A stretch of DNA of 64,000 bases from an uncultured Chlamydiales bacterium (lineage in GTDB: Bacteria; Chlamydiota; Chlamydiia; Chlamydiales; JAAKFR01), in the NCBI GenBank assembly GCA_963699155.1, contig OY969414.1, positions 1,996,771-2,060,770 on the forward strand, read 5' to 3'. The position numbers and the translations under genes were made by a program. Shown here piece after piece: positions 8,919 to 15,763 of the stretch (position 1 is the first letter of the stretch; every line of letters starts with the position of its first letter). The notes under the pieces were generated by a model. The model made no database searches and was not told the DNA's origin. It saw nothing but the letters and a program-made list of their open reading frames with translations.

Positions 8919-9734
8919 ATGAGTATTCGACGCCCGGAATTTGTTGAAATAGATCATAATCCGCGCCCCTTGAAGCGCGCTAGGGAAGAGGGTTCTCTTC
9001 CTCCTGAAATTCTTACTCTCATTTTTTCTTGGCTAGAAGCTGCCAAAGATTTTTATAGCTGTTTACAGGTTTGTCGTAGTTGGAGAGACAATCTCGATAA
9101 GACACCCTCATTTCGTTTTTTCAAATTTTCCCCTGCCCTGGCAATCTTCTATCCCGAGCTTTCTATTCAAAGGAGGGAAGCAGCCTCTAAAAAAGAGCCC
9201 CTCGCCCAGCTTCTAGACCGAGGGGATAGGATAAGGAAGCTCATGCAGCTGAAACCCGTTTTGAGGTTACAGCAATTTGGACAAGTTTTCTTAGAACGTA
9301 TGACAGGTAAACAGGATCTATCAGAAGGAAGGGTTCTCTGTTCTGTAAGAAATGGATCGACACAACACAAACTCAAATGGCTCGACTTGAAATCCTTGCA
9401 GCTTGAGGATTTTCCGTTGCAAGATTTTTTGTCTGGCGCAAACCAAAGGATTCAAAAAGCTATTGTCACTGCAATCACATCGGGCACTCTTGTACAAGCA
9501 AGTTGCCTGGAAGATCGCTATTTGGTCTTCAGGAAATCCACAAATGAATTTTTTGTTCTTGATCGTATCGCTCGTAGAGTAGCGATGCTCCACAATTCCC
9601 ACTATCAAACTTCTCCTTATCTGATCTGGAATGATTCCCTCATCTATCGTCTTAAAAAAGCGCCTTCAAGAGAAGCTCATCAAAATCATCTGGTCCGAGA
9701 TTTGACCTTACAACTTTCACCTCATCTATTTTGA
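8919..9734 (+). CDS. F-box domain protein (N-terminal part of a probably split gene)
   Basis: F-box-like motif LPPEILTLIFSWLEAAKDFYSCLQVCRSWRDNL at aa ~27-60. See the finding on the A6 tract at 9654-9659. Confidence 0.7.
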   Translation: MSIRRPEFVEIDHNPRPLKRAREEGSLPPEILTLIFSWLEAAKDFYSCLQVCRSWRDNLDKTPSFRFFKFSPALAIFYPELSIQRREAASKKEPLAQLLDRGDRIRKLMQLKPVLRLQQFGQVFLERMTGKQDLSEGRVLCSVRNGSTQHKLKWLDLKSLQLEDFPLQDFLSGANQRIQKAIVTAITSGTLVQASCLEDRYLVFRKSTNEFFVLDRIARRVAMLHNSHYQTSPYLIWNDSLIYRLKKAPSREAHQNHLVRDLTLQLSPHLF

Positions 9735-10366
9735 CGCGATCAGAAGAAGTCACTACTGATTGCATTTTGAATTGCTCTGGACAAAGTGAATTTCTTCTTG
9801 TTGAAAACCAAGAGGGAATTACTCTTTTTGATCGAGAGTTTAAAAGAAGCTTAACTCTCGAGACGGACGCACAATTCGCTGTCTCGCATGATGGATTATT
9901 TATCAAAACTGAGGAGGGTCTTTCTCAATATTCATATGGGGATGGGAAATGGAGTGAAAAGAAACTCCCATCTACAAGTTGCGCTTTAAGTGGCGAGCTT
10001 CTCTATCCTACTATTTCATTTGCACAAGAAACGCAAGGTGAAGATGATTCTTGTTGGGAGGGCGAAGATGATCCCTATCTTTACCTTCTTAACAATATAA
10101 AATCTGCACAGTCTCTACTGGTACTTCACGCAAGTGAACCTATCACTTGCTATTGTTTTACCTTGATTGGCGATTATTTCCTTCAGCTTGTGAAGCACGA
10201 CGGCAAATATAAGTTTTTGGGATCTAAGATAGGAGAAGGGACAAAAGAAATCGCTATCCCTATTAACGCTCCTTCCGACGAACTCTATTTCGCACTTCAT
10301 GACGACTGCCTTTTGCTCCAAGAAGGCGACAGATTTAGCCTCTTCCAATTCACTGAAAGCTCATAA
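9731..10366 (+). CDS. Hypothetical protein; probably the C-terminal continuation of the F-box gene in the -1 frame
   Basis: It has only a TTG start, overlapping the upstream stop. Its frame is already open from 9656, which is 79 nt of two-frame overlap with the upstream ORF. Confidence 0.5.
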   Translation: MTRSEEVTTDCILNCSGQSEFLLVENQEGITLFDREFKRSLTLETDAQFAVSHDGLFIKTEEGLSQYSYGDGKWSEKKLPSTSCALSGELLYPTISFAQETQGEDDSCWEGEDDPYLYLLNNIKSAQSLLVLHASEPITCYCFTLIGDYFLQLVKHDGKYKFLGSKIGEGTKEIAIPINAPSDELYFALHDDCLLLQEGDRFSLFQFTESS

Positions 10367-10375
10367 TTGCTCAAA

Positions 10376-10675
10376 CTACTGACTAAATCCCTCATAAGTG
10401 CAAAAAGTATCGGTAACATCGGTAGTTCTATGGTGGATTTTTATATTTGTGATGACTTCTATTGCACCGCAATCCATGCACCTTTGCTGCGCCCTTTTAA
10501 CAATTTCAAGTAATTGGTCGAGATCACCATACATGGTTGTTTCCATGGCGCTCACTTGATAAGGAACTCCCGCTTCTTTCACTACTTCTATGGCGCGATC
10601 GACAATCTCAAAATTATTTCCCTCGCGCACCCTTGGAATGACTTGAAAAGCGACATATGTTTCTATTTTCCGCAT
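10376..10675 (-). CDS. MTH1187/YkoF-family (DUF77) small protein
   Basis: MRKIETYVAFQVIPRV...AIEVVKEAGVPYQVSAMETTMYGDLDQLLEIVK fits the thiamine-binding YkoF/MTH1187 fold family. The ATG at 10675 is preceded by GAAGGAGAAAAA. The track start at 10723 is less likely. Confidence 0.6.
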   Translation of the reverse strand: MRKIETYVAFQVIPRVREGNNFEIVDRAIEVVKEAGVPYQVSAMETTMYGDLDQLLEIVKRAQQRCMDCGAIEVITNIKIHHRTTDVTDTFCTYEGFSQ

Positions 10676-10719
10676 TTTTTCTCCTTCGAGAAAGCGATGG
10701 CCTTTGTTTGAAAATAATG

Positions 10720-11625
10720 TCAAGGCACAAGCAAGATCTTCCCGATCCCACCCTTCTGTGCCATTGCATGAGCCTTGGCCGCCTCACTGAGCGGCAGTTT
10801 CAGGCCAATCGGGATTACCAGCTTGCCATTTCGCACCGCTTCGGCCATCGACTCGAGCGTTTTCCTGTCGAATTTCGAGAATACTTGCACCACCTTTACA
10901 GATGGGTAATCTGTGGCATTCTGGGGCGCCCCGACAACCGATGCATAGATTCCTCCCGGCTTGACCTTGGCGATCAGCTTTTCTGCTGTTTTTCCTCCGA
11001 CCGCATCCGCCACTGCATCGAGTGGCGAGAGATTTGCAATCGCTCTCTCGTCGTCTGTTGCGATGAGTTGATCCGCGCCGACCGTTTTCGCGACGTCGAA
11101 CTGCCTCTTCAGAACCCCTGCGATCACAGTCGCCCCGCGTGCCTTCGCAGTGAATACCGCCGAACGTCCGACATTTCCAGCAGCACCGACGATGAGGACC
11201 CTCTTGCCAGCTTGGATACCCGTAGCTGAGAGGAGCTGGTTGCCAGTCGTCGTCACCAATGGCAGCGCCGCTGCCTCGATCAAATCGAGCCCCTTGGGAA
11301 CTTTCGCCAGAATAGCGACTTTCACGACACAAAATTCGGCATAAGTATCATCTGCCATAGCGAACACTTGGTCGCCTACAGAAAAGCCTTCTACTCCTGT
11401 CCCAATCTTGACCACGGTGCCCGCGAGATCAACTCCGATAAGCCCTGGGAACTTAATGGGGTACCACTCTTTCGTTAATCCAGCACGACGCTTATAGTCA
11501 ATCGGATTCACGCTCGCTGCAGCGACCTTGATCAGCACTTCACCCTGACCTGGAACAGGATCTGGGTATTCTTCCCACTTGAGTACTTCAGGACCGCCAT
11601 ATTGATGAACAACAATCGCTTTCAT
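10720..11625 (-). CDS. NADPH:quinone oxidoreductase / zinc-type alcohol dehydrogenase-like (MDR family)
   Basis: MKAIVVHQYGGPEVLKWEEYPDPVPGQGEVLIKVAAASVNPIDYK; nucleotide-binding VLIVGAAGNVG. The track start at 11634 is TTG, so the ATG at 11625 is preferred. Confidence 0.8.
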   Translation of the reverse strand: MKAIVVHQYGGPEVLKWEEYPDPVPGQGEVLIKVAAASVNPIDYKRRAGLTKEWYPIKFPGLIGVDLAGTVVKIGTGVEGFSVGDQVFAMADDTYAEFCVVKVAILAKVPKGLDLIEAAALPLVTTTGNQLLSATGIQAGKRVLIVGAAGNVGRSAVFTAKARGATVIAGVLKRQFDVAKTVGADQLIATDDERAIANLSPLDAVADAVGGKTAEKLIAKVKPGGIYASVVGAPQNATDYPSVKVVQVFSKFDRKTLESMAEAVRNGKLVIPIGLKLPLSEAAKAHAMAQKGGIGKILLVP

Positions 11626-11630
11626 CTGTA

Positions 11631-12044
11631 TCAACCGTATTTCATTGTGGTGCTCTGTCCAATCTCGATGATATAACCGTCAGGATCTCGGATGTAGCAG
11701 CGTATCTCGCCATACTTGGGTATCGGTTCTGTGATGAACTCGGCTCCTCGACTTTTCCATAATTTATGGCACGCCTGAATATCTGCAACGCGGATATTCA
11801 AAAAGCTGTTGATGTGATTCGGGTCGGGGACGCTGAGGATTACCGACGGCTTGTCCACGGTAGGCCCGCCTCCGACGTTTAGAAGGATCCATGTATTGGC
11901 GATCTGAATGTATCCGGGTGCTCCACTGCTGTCTCCTCTGCTCAGAATGCGAGCGTCGAATACCTTTTCGTAGTATCGAACCGATCGGTCAATATCGGAG
12001 ACGGTGAGAAAATAGGCAACAGAAATACCCTCCTTTGGGGGCAT
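11631..12044 (-). CDS. VOC/glyoxalase-family protein
   Basis: MPPKEGISVAYFLTVSDIDRSVRYYEKVF...RCYIRDPDGYIIEIGQ is typical of the glyoxalase/bleomycin-resistance fold. The same frame is open upstream into the DJ-1 remnant. Confidence 0.65.
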   Translation of the reverse strand: MPPKEGISVAYFLTVSDIDRSVRYYEKVFDARILSRGDSSGAPGYIQIANTWILLNVGGGPTVDKPSVILSVPDPNHINSFLNIRVADIQACHKLWKSRGAEFITEPIPKYGEIRCYIRDPDGYIIEIGQSTTMKYG

Positions 12045-12760
12045 CTCATAGCTCTTCTGTTCGATTTGGACGCTGTCGTCCGATGCATTCAAGAGCTTCA
12101 AAAGCGCTTGAGCCGCGGATGTCGATGACGCAGGGTTCTGGCCAGTGATGAGACGGCCGTCAGTGACGACGAAAGACTGCCAGTTCACTCTTCTTCTCGA
12201 ATATGGCGCCAAGGCGCATCATTTCATCCTCGACCAGGAACGGTACAACGTGGGTGAGCTTCATCTCTTCTTCCTCGCCGTTCGTAAAGCCGGTTACATG
12301 TTTCCCCTTCACGAGAGGCTCGCCCTTGTATGTGACATGACGAAGGACACCAGGTGCGTGGCAGACCAACGCCACCGGCTTTCCGGAGTTATAGAATGAT
12401 TCGATCAGAGCTTTCGAAACCGGGCTCTCGGCCAGGTCCCACATAGGACCGTGTCCGCCAGGATAGAAGACTGCGTCATAATCTTCTGCTTTCATATCCG
12501 CCAGCCGACGAGTGTTAGCGAGCGCCTTCTGCAGCACTCTCATCTTTTTTGAATCGCGTCATAGAGGACGTTTGGTTTTCCGGAAGATCGCTTTTCGGAT
12601 CGAGCGGCGGCTGCCCGCCTTTCGGTGAAGCAAGCGTCAGATCGACCCCGGCCTCTTTGAAAACAAAATAAGGGGCCGCAAATTCTTCCAACCAGAATCC
12701 TGTTTTTCGGCCGGTGCTGCCGAGTTGATCATGCGAGGTTAAGACCATCAAGATTTTCAT
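12045..12760 (-). pseudogene. DJ-1/PfpI (class I glutamine amidotransferase-like, Hsp31/glyoxalase III-type) gene broken by two frameshifts
   Basis: Three consecutive fragments sit in three different frames. A: MKILMVLTSHDQLG...MTRFKKD (ends 12515). B: RVLQKALANT...AVFYPGGHGPMWDL...VCHAPGVL...VPFLVEDE (12160-12543). C: WQSFVVTDGRLITGQNPASS...LLKLL (from 12212). The first shift lies at an A6/T6 run (12545-12550). Confidence 0.75.
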
Positions 12761-12944
12761 ATTTTTCTCCGGTTGAGCTAATTTATGTTTGTTGCCGCAG
12801 GGAGAGCAGTTTCTCCAATGAATCAACTTGCCCTTTTTCAGACACAATTGATAGGTTCAAATAATTTTATTGATAGTGTAAGACCCTAATCCAGTCAAGT
12901 GCCTCTTCATGGGGTAGACCTGCGAGCCGAGGAATATTCTAAAG

Positions 12945-13394
12945 TTAACAAGCAATAAGTTGTTGGCGATCAATTTCAATTGGAGCTTCTTTTTCTTTTT
13001 TATGCATCGCTAGGATTTCAGCACTTACCTCTGTGATAAATTTTCTAAAATCTTCATCTTGAATAAGCTTTAAGACCTCAATCCGTACGCACATGTCAGC
13101 TGTCGGATTGATATGAGCCTCCTCTTTTTCCCAAGACAAAATTGTTGGATGTGTGACACCCAACTTTTTGGCAAAATCTGTTGTAGAGAGTTTTAAAAAT
13201 TTTCGGATGAAGCGCAGTTGACATCCTGTTAAAGGAGTTGCCTTAAAAATAAGTTGTTTTAAAACAGTAATCTGCAATTTGTACATATCTATGTCTAAAA
13301 TCTCTTCCCCCATAACCATCTTGATAGGTACATCGACGAGAGTAATGGGAAAGCCAAAATCCTCATAAATTATAGTTTTTTTATTATTCGTCAT
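12945..13394 (-). CDS. HTH (XRE-type) antitoxin-like protein
   Basis: HTH segment LTGCQLRFIRKFLKLSTTDFAKKLGVTHPTILSWEK. Its start overlaps the upstream toxin-like ORF by 4 bp. Confidence 0.6.
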   Translation of the reverse strand: MTNNKKTIIYEDFGFPITLVDVPIKMVMGEEILDIDMYKLQITVLKQLIFKATPLTGCQLRFIRKFLKLSTTDFAKKLGVTHPTILSWEKEEAHINPTADMCVRIEVLKLIQDEDFRKFITEVSAEILAMHKKEKEAPIEIDRQQLIAC

Positions 13395-13705
13395 ATGTCT
13401 CTCCCAATCGTTAAATTTACAACAGTTATAATAACAATATTATCTTCACTAATTACTATTATAACCCTTATCTCAATGTCCTCTAGAGTTTTTCCTCGTA
13501 TCGCATACTTCCAATTTTGAAAGGCCTCATCATAAGAATCTTTTGCCTCTTCTCTTCGCCCATTTTCCAAAACAAAAAGCACGTCTTGAAATGTCACTTT
13601 TCTTTTATCGATCCGCTCAAGTGCATGCAGGGACTGTTTGTACTGTCGATTGATTAAGCAATTCTTTATCTTTTTAGCAATTTCAACATCCTTATATGGT
13701 CTCAT
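13391..13705 (-). CDS. DUF4258-family toxin-like protein
   Basis: 104 aa. ...SLHALERIDKRKVTFQDVLFVLENG...IRVIIVISEDNIVIITVV resembles the DUF4258 pattern (HAxERmxxRxIs...V...L.nG ... vvTVy). Confidence 0.55.
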   Translation of the reverse strand: MRPYKDVEIAKKIKNCLINRQYKQSLHALERIDKRKVTFQDVLFVLENGRREEAKDSYDEAFQNWKYAIRGKTLEDIEIRVIIVISEDNIVIITVVNLTIGRDI

Positions 13706-13899
13706 CTGGATTTACCTTATTGTAGCAAATCTACATATTAAAATCAAGATATTACAAGTTTCCGAGGAAAAACTGCAATGAAAATGTAAGATTTTTTCAA
13801 AAAAGCTGAGATCCCCTATAAGACCTAGAGAGAACCCTCCGCTCTTGGATGATGAGAGCCAGAAGCTTGAAGAGCTTTTGCCCCATGACAAATTGGGTA

Positions 13900-14153
13900 T
13901 GCAAAGGGGCGTGCCCCTTTGCCGCGGTGAGAGGGGGTTTAGGGGGAGAGAGGTAGCGTTAGCCTCTCTCCCCCTAAAATATCGCGTAAGTCGAGGCAAC
14001 GCCGAGGCGGAAGCGATGTGATCTTTTACTGAAAGCCACCAATGAATAGTGAACATCTTTTGGATGATAACACCCAGAAACTGTCAGCGATGTCTTGCAT
14101 CAAGTGTCAGCGATGTCCCGAGTCTATCAAGGTGGCGTTAACCTCTCTCCCCC
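13900..14153. repeat. Degenerate copy of a hairpin-rich MITE/REP-like element (same family as 50118-50351 and 50624-50860)
   Basis: Shares tgcaaagggg..cccctttgccgcggtgagaggggg...gggagagagg..gcgttagcctctctcccc with the 50-kb copies. It also contains tcagcgatgtc twice. The right terminal repeat is truncated. Confidence 0.65.
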
Positions 14154-14258
14154 TAGAATCGCTTGAAGAGAGCTAGCTGAGAAGAGAAAATCTTGCCTAT
14201 CTTGCAGGCGAAGCCGATCCTCACTATCTTGTTTTGTTGCTTGTGGCTGGTAGAAGTG

Positions 14259-14332
14259 TGACGGTAGCCGGACTTGAACCAGCGACCCGCGGATTATGAT
14301 TCCGCTGCTCTAACCAACTGAGCTATACCGCC
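14259..14332 (-). tRNA. tRNA with anticodon CAT (elongator Met, or Ile2/lysidine type)
   Basis: rc = ggcggtatagctcagttggttagagcagcggaatcataatccgcgggtcgctggttcaagtccggctaccgtca. A full cloverleaf was drawn by hand. The T-arm GCTGGTTCAAGTCC resembles Ile2-type tRNAs. CCA is not encoded. Confidence 0.85.
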
Positions 14333-14368
14333 AAGGGGAAAGAAGCCACAGCGGACGCTGTGGAAAAA

Positions 14369-14441
14369 TAGCGGGAGAAGGACTCGAACCTCCGGCCTTT
14401 GGGTTATGAGCCCAACGAGCTAACCACTGCTCCATCCCGCG
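14369..14441 (-). tRNA. Initiator tRNA-fMet (CAT)
   Basis: rc = cgcgggatggagcagtggttagctcgttgggctcataacccaaaggccggaggttcgagtccttctcccgcta. Initiator hallmarks: 1:72 mismatch, A11:U24, and three G:C pairs closing the anticodon stem. Confidence 0.9.
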
Positions 14442-14494
14442 ATAAGGGGGTGATGGTATCATGGTCGGTTCTTTTGAAGCAAGGGTGTAAAAAC

Positions 14495-15763
14495 TTATGT
14501 GGATGGCTGTAGTAGGGGGAGAAGGCATTGGAAAGTTTTGTCGAGGGCGCCGCGGGAGGCAGCAGTGAGGGCGAGGCCGGAAGCGCCGAGTTGGTGGAGC
14601 TGGGTGGGGTTGGAGAGGAGGTTGTTGAGAGTGGGGATGCTCTGGGTGGGGGTGATTTGGAGGCCGGAGTGGTAGGTGCGGACGAGTTCGAGGAGGTCGG
14701 GCTGGGAGTGCATGTGGGGGCCGAAGAGGACCGGCTTGCCGAAGAAACCGGGTTCGAGAATGTTATGTCCGCCCACTTTTTCGGTAAAGCTACCCCCGAC
14801 AAAGGCGAGGGTGGAGATCTGGTAGCAATTGCGGAGTTGGCCCATCGTATCGACGAGAAGGAGGTTGTTGTTTTGGAAGGTGCCGCCTTGGCTCCAGCGT
14901 GCATAGGGAATGGCTTTCGAGTCGAGGAGGGAGGCGACGATGGGGAATCGTTCGGGATGGCGGGGCACAAGGAGCACTTTGAGGGTGGGGTGGGTGAGCC
15001 AAATTTGGGAAAGTGCATCGAGCCAGATTTTCTCTTCGGGATCGTGTGTTGAGCCGAGAGTGAGTAGAGGCTGGTCTGAAAGGGAGAGTTTTTGTTTGAG
15101 GGCGGTCGTATCGATCATTTCGATAGGGGTGTCGAGTTTGATATTTCCGGTTATGGAGAGTTTGGAGGGGTCGATGCCGAGATCGAGAAACCGTTTTTGG
15201 TAGATCTCGCCTTGCAGATAGAAGTGGTCGATGGGGGCAAAAAGTCGTTTTGAGAGGAAGGGGAAGGGCTTTATCCGAGTGTAACTTCTTTCGGAAATTT
15301 TGCCATTGACGACGACGAGCTGCGCACCCTGTCTCTTAGCCGCAGATTGAAAGTGGTACCAGAAGTCGGTTTCGGTGAGGATGACGAGATCAGGTTTGGT
15401 TTGGGCGATGATGGGTCTCACAATATAGCTGAGATCGAAAGGCAAAAAGAGATGGTAGTCTGCTTCTGGGGCACTTTTTTTACCCTCCGCATGGCCTGTT
15501 TCCGTCGCTGTCGAGAGGAGAATCAGCGGAGGATTAGGCAGGTCTTTGATCTTTTTGACGAGGGGGGCGATCGCTTTGGTCTCGCCGAGAGAGACTGCGT
15601 GAATCCAGATGAGCTGCCTCCCCTCTTTGTAGATCTTAGGAAAGTCTTTCCCGAGCTTCTTCAGAACGTTGTTTCGATATTTACCCCACCCTTTGATGAG
15701 TTTAGGAAGGCTTGCCACAATGTAGAGATGGAGCGCGAGGTCGTATAAAAAATCGAACATCAC
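14495..15763 (-). CDS. waaA: 3-deoxy-D-manno-octulosonic acid (Kdo) transferase
   Basis: 422 aa. WIHAVSLGETKAIAPL motif and overall KdtA/GseA-like layout. Adjacent to leuS, as in Chlamydia. Confidence 0.85.
   Translation of the reverse strand: MMFDFLYDLALHLYIVASLPKLIKGWGKYRNNVLKKLGKDFPKIYKEGRQLIWIHAVSLGETKAIAPLVKKIKDLPNPPLILLSTATETGHAEGKKSAPEADYHLFLPFDLSYIVRPIIAQTKPDLVILTETDFWYHFQSAAKRQGAQLVVVNGKISERSYTRIKPFPFLSKRLFAPIDHFYLQGEIYQKRFLDLGIDPSKLSITGNIKLDTPIEMIDTTALKQKLSLSDQPLLTLGSTHDPEEKIWLDALSQIWLTHPTLKVLLVPRHPERFPIVASLLDSKAIPYARWSQGGTFQNNNLLLVDTMGQLRNCYQISTLAFVGGSFTEKVGGHNILEPGFFGKPVLFGPHMHSQPDLLELVRTYHSGLQITPTQSIPTLNNLLSNPTQLHQLGASGLALTAASRGALDKTFQCLLPLLQPST

Noticed and set aside
9654-9660. 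Canonical dnaX-type programmed -1 frameshift site (A_AAA_AAG) in the F-box gene
   Set aside because: The A6G run is out of phase with the canonical heptamer (the zero frame reads ctt aaa aaa gcg), and I could not identify a convincing downstream stimulatory hairpin. It is kept only as a minor alternative within the split-gene finding.
10657-11344. 190-aa (+), 182-aa (-) and 64-aa ORFs overlapping the quinone oxidoreductase gene
   Set aside because: These are GC-rich shadow frames with Arg/Cys/Gly-rich composition. The QOR frame carries the recognisable MDR-family motifs.
14404-15052. Long alternative-frame ORFs within waaA (204 aa Pro/Ser/Thr-rich; 174 aa Gly/Glu-rich; 70 aa)
   Set aside because: Their amino-acid composition is low-complexity and mirrors the extreme C/G strand bias of this part of waaA, which removes stop codons in other frames. 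The waaA frame has clear family motifs.
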